From Raillietiella orientalis (Eukaryota), in the NCBI GenBank assembly GCA_036172245.1, contig JAYWIR010000008.1, positions 1,984,001 through 2,048,000 of the forward strand: a DNA stretch of 64,000 bases. Direction: 5' to 3'. The notes below the pieces were generated by a model that was given only the letters and a program-made list of their open reading frames with translations, was not told where the DNA came from and ran no database searches. Below, one piece after another: positions 1 to 12,100 of the stretch; position 1 is the first letter of the stretch; each line of letters starts with the position of its first letter. Position numbers and translations under genes: made by a program.

Positions 1-1349
1 TTTTTGTGTGTTTTGTTCTTGTTGTTTCCGTTTTCTGGGAGCTCAGTGCCCAGTGACCTCTGTGTTTGTTTATTTTTAAGCAGCCTTCTCGGAGTCACTG
101 GGCTGAAACGCGCGCGTCATGTCCCTCCTCCTTTCCGGCAGAGGCAAGCCGAAACTCAGGATATCCGAAAGAGAAAGGAGGGTGAGAGCGAGGAGAGAGG
201 AGAGGAGGAGTCGAGAGACGAACTTATCTGAACCCCCTCTCGGCAACGATTCTCGATCAGAAAACGAACCGGAAGCGTTCAGAAGGCTAGCCGAGTGTGG
301 ACAGGAGCCACGCTCCCCGGCACCAATGAATCTCTATCCAGGATCCTCCCGGGAGCGAGTAGGAGTCGGGGCAAAGGAGGGACTGGGAAGAGGAACTCTG
401 TGCGGATGCGCCCTCCTCGGGAGCGCTTCCGAGGCTGCCCAGCCTCAGCAGGGCCAACGGGGGAATCAGATGTCCTCCGCCCCCTTCTCCTCTTCCCGGT
501 CAGCCGAGTACCCCTCGTCGCTCCCGCAGGGAGTCGTCCGGCGGCGGCTCTATTTTTCCGATCGGTCGCAACTCGCAATCGGTCCAAGAGACCCGCAGTG
601 CAGATCATCGTACTTCTCTCCCGTCCCCATGGAAATCTGGGAGAGAGCCAGCCAACGAGACTATCAGAGAAGGAGGTCATTCAAAGAGTACTCTGGTCAC
701 GAGCCAGTCGATCGTGCGCGCAGACCATAGGGGACTCCTCGCGGTTACAGGTAGCTATAGCTAGCCTCTTTCCGGGAACCCGAGGTGGTTTCCGGGTCCA
801 ACCCACTCCTGGGGATGAGCAAAGGTCTCTCCGCTCTTTGAGATCTTCCCCTTGACCAGGCGTCGAGGGACTTCTCCCACCAGGAGGACCTTGAGCCACC
901 TGGAGCATCGGGAAAGCGGCTGTCGGATGCCCTGCTGATTCCCATGAGTCTAGCATTCGTTCTGACGGCGGCGGCGGCATCCGAGGAAGATGAAGCTCCT
1001 GTCGTTGCGGATAACGAAGGGAGAGGGCACCCAAGCAACCGGGATCACACGGAAACCTCGAGGACGACGCTCGAGGTTACTCGAGAAACCGAAAGGACCA
1101 GTCAAGGCTCGGTCTCCCTAGGGTCTCGCGTCCACTGCCAGCCACCAGCTGCAGGTAAGTTGATCTGCTGAGCATGAAAACGCCGAGAATAAAAGGGGTG
1201 TGGCAAGGAGGACGCTTTCTGCCTTTCAGGTCCAGAAGATTCCGTGCTCGACCGAATCTCCTCTTCGGAGAGTTCCTCTGCCCCATGTAAGGATCTCTGG
1301 GAGGCGGATTTTTTTTTTTTTTAAAAAAAAGCCTGCAGAGATAACAGCA

Positions 1350-2720
1350 AATGACGAGGTCGCAGTAATCTCCCCTTTAGCGTTGGTTTGGTCAACAGGG
1401 AAGGTTTGCTACATCGTCGGGTGGCAATGTCCTTTCGTTATCAAGGTGACTGACTGATAAGCGCACGTCTTTGTGAAGGTCTGTAGCACTGATGTGCCGG
1501 CTGGTCGCCAGCAGCCATCTTGTGCCGAGTGGACACATAAGAGGATGTGTGGTTGCTGAACGCACGCTTCGATGCGATTGGGCATGTGACCCCGCACTCT
1601 CTGCTTGATAACGAACAGCATCTCACTGGTCATGAATCTCGCTGAGTCGTTTCGGCTTTCTGTGGAGGGAGCAGGGCAACAACCTTCCTCGATCATGACC
1701 TCGTGGTTCCATCCCGAATGAAAGCCGGCAGCGGAACAGCAGTGCGTTTACTGCACGGCAAAGGGAAAAATTTGAGACTTCAGAAGATGGAAAAACTCCC
1801 GGGAACTCCCGCCACCTCAAAGTACAACCGGGTTAGGCGGCCGCAGCATCATGGAAAACATGAGGGCTGTCGGCCTGCAAGCGCTTATTCAGACGAAATC
1901 TAAAGATTCACCGCTTTTGTGCTGGTCGAGGGTGGTAGGAAAGTTGTTAGAAGAGCCATCACGGCTATCCAGTTTAAGGAACAAACCAAAGCAACCAGTT
2001 CTGTTGGCCATTCGTGAAGAATTCACTGCCCGCTTAAGAAATCCATGTCCCCTGGGCCTAAACGTGCCCTGCACGTCAATAAGGCATGCAAGACACATCA
2101 AAGAGAAGGGCGCTTGAAAAGAAATGACGCCATATTGAGCACGTGCCTCCCACAGGAGTGGGAAGAATCCGAAACTGGATACCGGGGCAACCGAGCCCAA
2201 AATCCAGCTCCGTTTTTCCCTGCTCTCTAGCTGCTTCGAGTGAATGCGAGGTCCAACAAAATCCCGAGATCGAGGTGTTAAAAGCACTGAGCAGCCAGGT
2301 ACCTTGCGAGTCGATCCTGACGAAGTGTTCCTTTCCAGCCGCGAAACCGAGATGAGGATGTTGCAACCCATTCGACTTTGTGGCACGAAATTGCGCCAGC
2401 GGATAAGCGTGGTGTGTGGTAAGATGCGCGGCCAAGTGTTGCGAAATCTTAAAGACGGCGTTGCCTCCGACTATACTGCGAGGTCATCCGTGCAATCAAG
2501 GGAGTTCAGCAACAAAGATAAGAGAGGTTGACCCGAAGGAGCGACTCGAAAAATTTCGAGGGAATTAGTCAAATGAAGATTTCAGGGAGCTGGAACCGGA
2601 ATGACTCGAAGCAGGAAATTGCTGAAAGCCTCTGGCATCGCAGCGTTAGCTGCAAAGAGTTAGCTCCAAAACCCTTTCGCTGCTTGGAGAAAGAAACGAA
2701 ATACAAAAGTGAATAGAAGA
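1350..2720 (+). mobile_element. Decayed RTE-clade non-LTR retrotransposon fragment (RT region)
   Basis: Frameshifted translation fragments resemble RTE RT motifs in the expected order: 'MKAGSGTAVRLLH' (~YKAGG..L..LH), 'LLCWSRVVGKLL' (~ISLLSVVGKIL), 'IRHARHIKEKG' (~FAARQLQEKC). Many stops; boundaries approximate. Confidence 0.4.
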
Positions 2721-3549
2721 ATCAGCGATGAACGATATTTTTTTTTAAAAAAATGACCGAAATTGTGATTCGTCAGAATGACAAATCAGATGAGCATCCT
2801 GAAGTTACTTCTTCGAAATCTGCTCCGAGATAAGTAAGAAAGTAAGAATCAACGAAAACAGAATGTTTCCGCGTGGTAACAAGCACACTTGGTCCATCCG
2901 AACGACAAAGAATGAAAGTCATGCATGATTGGGGCAACAAACATGGAGGGCATGGTTCAAAATGGCCGTGAAGATTCCTGCGTGCACTGCACCTCCACCG
3001 TCGAGCTGCCGAATGCATTGCTAACGAAACGGATTTTGCATTGGCTTCTGCTCTTCGAAGGTAGATGAAAACGTTTAGAGAGATTTGAGCAAATGAGTGG
3101 GTGTAGGTTTTAAGGCAAAGAAAGACAATACTAGAGCAGACCCATGGGCAGCTCAAGCAAACAAGTTCCATTGAAAGCGCAAGCTAAAAGTGAACGACTG
3201 CATCCCGAATTACCACTCCGAAAAAGAAAAACGTTAGCAAATGAGAAAATAATACTTGAGAAGATGAGTCGGCATAAAAAACGACTTTTAACCTTGACTA
3301 CGTAGACGAAAATCAAAACCGGGATTTTCGTATGGACAGCTCACAAAGTGGTGCTTACCGAAATGCTGCTATCTTTCCACGAACATGGCGAGAAATGGAG
3401 CAAGACATATTATCCTTGCGTTGCCCATCACAACAGGAGCTGCAATGGGGCATACATTGGACCAAGATTTCATACCATACATACGCCGCGAAATTTCTCA
3501 GTTGAAAAAATATAAAAAATAAAAAAGAAAGAAAGAAACAGTCCACATG

Positions 3550-4540
3550 GAGACATTACAAAATTCCTGCAGAAAATGTGAAGATCTGGATTTCAGTAGA
3601 AGGGAAATAGTCAGCGAAGGCAGATGGACGTGGGATTCCACAATTTCAAACAGCCGCATCAGCCGCATGAGGAATGAAAAGGAGATCGACGTAACAAAAA
3701 TCGGTTGAAGAAGACACAACGGTATCCATGAAACCTCGAAAGGAAACAGGAACTGTTTGAGAAAATCGCCTGCACAATGATTCATCATCTTCAAGTTTTC
3801 AAGCGTTCTGAGTCCTTCCGAGGTCATGCAAACCTACCACTTCAAAAATCGTCCACCTCGAACACACTGCATTCCACACGCTCCACAATAAATGTGAACC
3901 AACCCAACTTTCTTGGAACCCAAGCGAGAAACTGATGCTCCTCTGGAGGTGATGGGTGAGCATAGATAGAAAGGAGGCTTGAATTTTTTCTTGAGAACAC
4001 TCGGAAACTGCTCGCACCACACATGAAAAAGCAATGACCACCCATAGCCACCGGACAGTTTCCCCTTGAAGGCAACGCACACAGGTGTTCACCCGCAGAA
4101 AGCCCAAGAATGATCAGAAAAGCCACAGAGTGGATGAAAGATGCTCATTGATCAAATTTCGTAAATGGCGTTCGTGAATTAAGATGCTAGGAGAGTCCTC
4201 GGAGCTACAGAGGGGCAACAAACCTCAGTTCAAATTACCAAGAGGAGATTTCGAGCTGGTTCGGTACATAGTAATGGCCATCACCGGAAGACCGGAAGTG
4301 ATCTTTCGCTCGATGCATAAAATGAGCAGCCCAATTTTCACACGTCTGACCATCACTTGAAAAACGGAAGGCCACACTGTGGTTGCAAAAGCTCACTGCA
4401 TGACTACAAAATTCATGTTTTTCTAAAAAAAGAGGTAAGAAATGCTTGCAGTTCGATTCCATTCGATGAGGCTGCAAATGATGGCACCGACACCTGCAAG
4501 AGCAATTTCAAAACGGTTTCTGCCCATGCGAACCGAAAAA
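3550..4540 (+). mobile_element. Decayed non-LTR (RTE-like) endonuclease fragment
   Basis: Weak motif remnants: 'EIDV' (~IDIAALSET), 'HCIPHAP' (~ISAYAPT), 'EKLMLLWR' (~DKLILLGDFNA). Heavily degenerate. Confidence 0.25.
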
Positions 4541-5838
4541 AAAAAAAAAAAAACTGAACGACTTTGTTCTTAAACTCACAGATCGACTTCCGAATGGCAA
4601 AATACACGACTGGGAGTATTTACAAAGATTGGCAGGGAGTTCGAATTCGTATCGTTTCATAATCGTTTAGGTGGAGATTCAGAGGTAAAAATGTGATTGA
4701 ATGGACTCCTCGCTAATCCACCGAGAAATAGAATGGGGAGTAAATCCAGACGAAAGTCTCACCTATGATTACCTATGAATATAGCTATGAAATATAAACC
4801 TACGAAAATACTGCATAGTTGAATAGATGGAAAATCGATTCACTGGCAGAATAAGCCGCAGTTCTGAATTTAATCGAAGAAAAAATCGATCTTAAGGCAT
4901 GGAAATGTGTTGCAAACTAAAGCATATGAATACATTCACAAGCAACATTACAAGAAATTGTAAGGATTGTCTTTAGTAACCTCGCCCATTCCAACTTAAA
5001 AGTAAATATTTCTAGTCATCTATAATAGAGAACTTTCAAATAAATAGTACTTTCATTTTAATGAACCAGGATGTAGTGGCTTAGTAGAGTTATATCAGAG
5101 TTTTTTTAAGAAAAAGGAGGTGATATTTCAAAAACGATTCTCTTTGTACAAAACTGATTCATGCAAGTTACCTGAATATTGTATACTTTTATTAAATTTC
5201 AAATTAATAGGATCATACAATATTGCAGAACCCACTAACAAGGAGAAGGCATGATAGTTCTTTTTTTTTTTTTTCTTCCATGCTTGTTTGATTTACATTT
5301 CATCCATTCACTATATACATAACACTTTGTTGGTACAGAACATATCACATCTGGCTCCAGAGAATTTGATAAACTACCACATATTTCCTTAGTTTATAAT
5401 ATGAGTTTTCCAGGTTGAGAAATTGATTTTCAGATCAGTATTACAAAATTTAATCTCATAATTGTTGTACATTTCTTCCCTAGTGTTATCCATTGCTTTT
5501 AAAATAATCGATAAATTGAATTAGATACTGAAATCAAATGGCTATCCAAATATTACATAAGTAGTCTTAATGAAATAAATTCCAGCATCAGTACTACTGT
5601 GCATGAACATACAAAATGGATGTTATGCTCATGTAAAATGAAAAGTTACGTTGGTTAATTTCTTAAGTTATTTCTATCTACTTAAGTATTCTAATGGTAA
5701 CAAACAATAAATAAATGAGTATTAGAATACACTGGGCCATCCGAAGGAATGTAACTTGTTTTTTGCTCACAGAAAGAAGCTTTGGGAGAAACCTGCATTA
5801 AAAAAACAAAGCAAATTCTTCTGCAGATGAAGGAATCC

Positions 5839-6731
5839 TCAAACAAATTCTGAAACATTTTGTCGTAATAGGTGATTTGATTTAATATTCTTGTAATCTT
5901 TTCTGGTAATTATCAAAGAATCATGTGGCCCAACATTCTGATCTATCACGATAGGTACAGAAGATATACATGGAATTGTTCGGTCAATAGTGGAAAACAA
6001 CATCATATTGACAGTTTGGATATCTTTGTCTGCTGTCATTTTCATACGTTTTTTGAAGGGCAGATCACTACTTCCATTCATTCTTGGTGCAAGGGTTTCA
6101 ACTTGCTGCACAGTAGTTAAATTGACTGAAGCATTATCCAGTTTTCTACCATTATTTTCGAACACATGGTGACGGGAAACATGAGCCAATAAATACTTGT
6201 TTTTCTTAAAATGTTTTCGGCACATCCCACAGCAGAAACTACCTACTAATAACAAAGGGACTCATCAAGGCAGCAAGTATACGATATGCAGGGTGCACTG
6301 TGCTTCCATTTCACACAGCAATGTCTTACCTTCTTTCCTATCTCTGGAGAATGCAGAATGAAGCAAGGTCTCATTAATCTGATGAGAAGTGTTTGGGGGC
6401 AAAAGTTTGTATATGCAGGAGTCATACGTTGCAGCAGAGGCCAAGCACATTTTTTTCAGAACCTACAATAAAATCAAAAACAGCAACGCTCGCTTACATA
6501 AAAATATGAGCATTCATTACAAAGCGTGAAAGGGCTGGAAGCATAGGAAGGCACGATTTCGTAAGGTAGCGTCTCAAGCTAGTGCCTACTTTCCTTTAGG
6601 TACATTGGAAGTTAGGCATACAGTTATTAGCAAAGCAGGCAACCCATTTCAGTACTTGGGGTGGCACGGGGGTTACTTACCTTTTTCAGATCTCTTTTCC
6701 ACTGTTCCTTTGTAAGCATTACTTGCTTCAT
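5839..6731 (-). CDS. Small single C2H2 zinc-finger protein (~196 aa), 3 exons: 6731-6681, 6462-6330, 6245-5839
   Basis: Donors GTAAGT and GTAAGA and TAG acceptors join in frame: MKQVMLTKEQWKRDLKK|VLKKMCLASAA...RDRKE|(V)GSFCCGMCRKHFKKNKYLLAHVSRHH.... This contains a canonical C-x2-C-x3-F-x5-L-x2-H-x3/4-H finger. An in-frame TAA lies immediately upstream of the ATG. Confidence 0.55.
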
Positions 6732-8971
6732 TTAAAATTCGGGACGTCGAACATACAACAGAAATGCGTTCACACTCGCCAGTCATATAAGCACGTAGCA
6801 AAAACTTCAGCAAATTACAGCCACATGAAACAACACACCTTCAGAAGAAGAAGAAGAAAAAAATACAAACAAATCAGGCTGAAATATTCGGGAAAGATTC
6901 AAATAATCCAATATCTTCGAAACACCGATTCAGCACTGGCGTGCATTCGTGTGCACCAAAGCAACGATGCAAACTGCAGTAACGATTTCACAATGCACTT
7001 TTCGAAAAGGCTGCATCCTGATATCCTGGTTGTGTGGGGGGATTCGAATTCCCTGGGATTCTCCCCCCCCCCCCCCACAAAACAAAACTCGGTCCCCTGC
7101 GCCTTCAAATCAAGCATTTTTCTGTCACTACCTTTTTTCAAGTAGCACATGTTCAGCCGTTTTTTTTTTTTTTTTTTTTTCTTCTTCTTCTTTCTTTTCC
7201 TTCGTTGCGCCCTCAAACAATAAAAACAATTCAATCGAATTAAATTCCTGAAGAGCTCAGCCAAACTGCCAAAACACACTTCACCCGCATGCAGAACTTG
7301 GAAGATTCGAGTTGTCAACAACAACGTCTTCGTGGAAACCTCGGGAAGCAAACGCCTGCAGTTACGAAGAGAGTGGTTGGCCCCCCCCCCCTCCCCAGTA
7401 ATGAATAGGCGAAAATAGGGAAAAGTTTATTGCACTGCTGCAAACCGTTCCGAACCTCCTCCCCCATGGTTCCCTGCGCTGCGCGCGAACGTGATGGCAG
7501 CAGGGAAAGACCAATGATAATGACGGTTGCAAGCATGGGCTGCCGCGGGCGTCATCGAGAGACTGGCGTTCCATCATCATTCATGATGCCGCATGCTCAA
7601 CAGCGCAGGAAATTCGGAGTGTTGGGAATAGGTGAGGGGGGGGGGGTGGAGGATCCCGGCAATTATAGAAACGCGGCGGAGCTGCTTGAATGGGTTATTG
7701 TCTCGGCCAGGCCTTCATGCTCTTTCCTCTTTTGTTTCGCGGAAAGGAAAAACGCATTTCAGACATTCGCTTAGCAGGATCGCGGATTCATCGGGAATCT
7801 TCTTGCCCCTTCCTCCCCCCCCCCATTTTCCAAAGAGGTTTTTCTCTCTAGGTACGTTGCCATGTTACGTGTCGTGTTTTTTTTTTTTTCTTACCAGCAG
7901 GGCAGATAATGTAGTTGCATACCAAGCGCGGTAGCTGCTTCGGCCAGCCCCACGAGCAAACTTTCCTATTCAAGATGTCCACTAAAGTATGTAAAGAGTG
8001 TCCCAACCGGGATCTCGCCGGTTTCAGAATATCTTTTCGTTCATTTCGTGAGAACGTGGAATGTCCTTCGCAGCTTCGCATTGCAAAAGCTTTTTCACTT
8101 TCAAGATCACATCCTTTAAGAAGAATATAGCCCCATTAAAGATACTGATAGCTATACACTGCCAAATTTGGTGCTTCCCGTTCACTTTTCGTTTGCAAGC
8201 CAGTATGAATTTCCCAATGCTTTATTTCGTTCCTTTCATAGTTACCAGGACCAAAGAAACTTCATGGGTGGCAGCTTAAGGATGCTTTACAAAAGCCAAT
8301 TCATCTGGTCCCCGAAAACTTTTCATACGCCGACCTCTCTTTCATAAGATCAAGTAAACACTTGAGAAAGTTGCGGCAGACGACTTCCTGCGTGCAAGTA
8401 TGATGAGGCTGCATTGCCATGTAACCTGCACCCTTCATTGATACAGAGAAAACCGAGACGTTGGGAAGACAGTCATTTTCACAGGCTTTAGCCGACAGTG
8501 CACAAGCAGGGAAATTCATAAATGCTCTTCCCACTTCTGGCACCCCTGCGAAGAAGCTTGCTTTTTGTGTGTTCATTCGTGTGCAAGTGCAAGCAAATGA
8601 GTCACACGTCTGCGACGCAGCTTTCGACAAACGCCGGAGAGGAACATCTCCAAGACACAAAACGTGCAGGTGCTTGGAAAGAGAAGCTGCTGCGAACCAT
8701 TTCTTCCTCGCTCTCTCTTTCTGCCTACTCGAAAGAGCGGTTTCTCTTGTTCTCCTGCCCAGCTTCGGGATCAATCGGACTGAAAACTCTGCGAATGTTG
8801 TGAACGAAGTTGGTGCAAGGTCGCTGCCGCCCCAAAACCCACCTATACTTCTGCACGCTGGTTCACGTGCACGACCCCCAAAAACTCCTCAGACTTGACA
8901 GCAGGCACGTTGCAGCGCCCATCAGTGATGCCAGATTCGATTCAAATAATTTGCATGTTTTAAACTCTGTT

Positions 8972-8977
8972 TTATTT
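8972..8977 (-). promoter_or_regulatory. Candidate polyadenylation signal (AATAAA) of SNX13
   Basis: AATAAA on the minus strand about 130 nt downstream of the SNX13 stop codon. Confidence 0.45.
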
Positions 8978-9103
8978 GAAACTTATATTTTCACATAATT
9001 AAACTCTTCATCACAGCCAGTGTTACCCTGAGCTCACAGAAAACTCTCAGAGGAAACAATCAATTACATTATCACAACAAATTTCATTTGACGTGCTTGG
9101 TTA

Positions 9104-12100
9104 TCACATTTCGAGATTACATGCATTTCCTTCGGATACGGAGGCACATTTCTGCTGATATCGGTGAAACAGGGCAGGGAAATTGTTTTGCGGGAACACG
9201 ACTTCCAAAAGGCTCCGAATAAGCACTACGACAAGACGCCGATTGAGAATGGGAAGCTGAAGTAATTCGAAAATGGAAAGGATTCCATTTCTTGATGTTT
9301 CCGAACCGATGAGACGTTTAAAATCTCCTGAAAAACAAAAGCGAAATGGCGCAATGAAGAATGCAAAAAAAAATGTATTGCAAACGGAAACACACACACA
9401 CACATACTCGTAAAAGAAATGTTGAGTTGAACCGCATGTGGAGGAATGGTCCCGGATGGTTGGGATACCCTTATAATTGATACAGAGCTGTTGCAGTTTC
9501 ATTAACGACTGCATTTTCTACTACTTCGGATCGACACTTTGCAACGAAACCGACTTCGTTATTTTGAAGTAACACTGCTTTACTCTAGGACTGGATCCAC
9601 GAATCTGAAGAATACTAATACATTCCATAGTTTCCTGAACAAAAGCCATGTATAAGCCATCTCTTGTTATCTCTGAGAACCAATGGTGCACACCCCATTG
9701 CCGTTTGTCCATTACGATGTCCAGCACCACTGGCTACAACACCGAGAAACACAACATTTGATTTCCACTGCAGCTGTATATATATATTTTTTATTTCCTT
9801 CGAGCTTGAACCCGAAAGCCTGTGCTGTAAGTTCTCAATCCCAACCGTCTTCTCCGTGATGCCCACTGCATACTTTGGTGTATAAAAACACAAACACGGG
9901 CAAAACGGAATTTTTTTTTTTTTACTTATGAACTGCCCACATGTGTGACAAATGACTTCCATTTCCTCTTTATCGGAGTGCCAAATTTCCATTCAGAACA
10001 CTTCCTACCGCACCCGATTTCTCAGTCTATTAGATGCCTGCTATGCCAAATGGAAAATTTCTATCTCGTCATAGGTACATTTAGTTACACTTGTCAGGCA
10101 CTGTCATTAAGTGATTTTCACAACTGAGCGGAATTTTATCGACCTTCACCGTAGAGGATGGCTAATTAATATGTAGCTGCTGTTGCACAATATTTTTTTT
10201 GTTTTTTTTTTAAGCCTTCCTCAGCTTTCAGGCAGTACTTTGTCCTCAAGGTAGACGCAGAACATACAAAAGATTTCGATGCCCTCTGCTTTTTTGAGAG
10301 AAAAAAATGAAATAAAAATCGATCCGAAGAAGGTGAGTACACAATTCTTCTCATACTTATCATTACGGTACACATACTATTTAAACCTGTTTATGTGGCA
10401 TTTAATTTCATAAGTACCATTCTTTGTTCACTGAAGACGTGTAACACTTTGATCGACAGTTCGGATTTTCGTCGTCACCACCACCCGTGATGTCGACGTT
10501 TTTGATGGAACAACCTGCAATCATTACCATCTTTCCGATTTTCCGTAAGAGCAACGTCACGGCCACAAAGCACCGACTGCATCACTGCATTTCCCCCTTC
10601 ACAATTCCAAGATCCTATTTTTTTTCTTCTTTTTTTCGTGCATATGTAATCCGGTATCACACGTTTCGCGAACCAAAACTTAGCGAACAACACATTAATC
10701 CAAAAAAATAAATAAAAATGGGAGCGTTTCGGCAGTATTTTCCTTCTTTTTCTTCTTCTTGCTCGTTCGCTTGCTCCTATAGAGCAACAGTTCAATGCTG
10801 AAAGCAGCAACTTTCGAGTTTCACGAGAACCTGAAGACGACCGCTCGAAATCAAGGTATAGCAGCAGCCACACCTATCAGTAATCTTCAGAACCTTCAAA
10901 GTTGTGCAAAGAATCAAACGGGAAATCCTTTCCTTCAGGATCCTGCTACTGTACTCACAATATGGCCCTTCTTCCGGAACATCTAGAAACGATTTTTCCT
11001 CTTCATTTGGAAATACACTGACAAGTACAATAACTCCATGAATTCGTTTCAAAGTTTAAAATCACTTTCTAACTATCGTCTGAAATATTGGCTATCAATA
11101 AAATACATAATACGGAATTGCTTTTTCGTTGCTTGACTTCTAAATCCTATGGATTCTGTCGAATCTGATGCTCGGAGACAAATTAAATTTTGTCCTTAAT
11201 TTCGGTCTACTTCTCATACCATTTTCTTATCATGAGGAATAATCCTGTATTCAAATTCATCCCTAAATGAATTGAAGCCGAGGCTCTCATAAGATCCCTG
11301 TCACAAGAAGCAACAACAACAACATTATGGGGTTCATCACTGAATTTGCCTTTGAGAAATCTTGATGGTTGCGTTAGCAACTGAAGTTGAAAACTGTTGC
11401 CTAGGCCATCATGATTTCTAAGGATAATGTGCAGTTATTCAAAATATGAGGTCAATCGTGAATAGGGTGAAATCTGTACTTTTTTTTTTTCTTTTCTTAA
11501 GCATCATACATGGGATCGGCACGCTAAATACGTGTACGCTTGTAGTAAGGAAGGAAATAGTAATGTTAGCAATACATATGCAGATCGTGATCAGCAAACA
11601 TGGATGGAAGAAACACTGGTTTGGGTTTCTCTCAAAAAGTGCTACCGAGACAATTTTCCATAAAAATATTGAAGTTCAACAAAACTAATGTTGGATATGT
11701 AAAAAAAAAGGGGGGGGGGGTACTCAAGCATCAAGTTTACATTCCATTCGCTAACATTCCATCCCTGACAGATATTGTATTGACATAAAGCTCAGTATCT
11801 TCAGCTCATATCCATACCAACTGAGTGTTAGTCTGCTCAAAAAGCAGGAAATAGTCATCTCGCATCATTCGGATGATGCAGATTCACTCATTTTGCAAGA
11901 ATCGAGCAGTTCCTCGGGTCTAAGGAAAGGTTTTAACAAAACAGGAGACCAAGTGACATTTTTGTTTCATAAAGTATCTAAAATTCTGCGTTACTCGTGA
12001 GATTTCCGGGAGTACTTTGATTTTACAGCAATACTGGCCTGAATCCACTACACAAAAAAAAACAACTAAAAAGACAAAAAAAAACGTTCGTACAAAGCAA

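Noticed and set aside
119..1171. Overlapping 100-200 aa ORFs on both strands
   Set aside because: Arg/Ser/Gly/Pro-rich translations typical of GC-rich non-coding DNA; no recognisable motif.
10781..10986. Nested + strand exon in the last SNX13 intron
   Set aside because: An acceptor-like site exists, but there is no recognisable protein and no partner exons were found.
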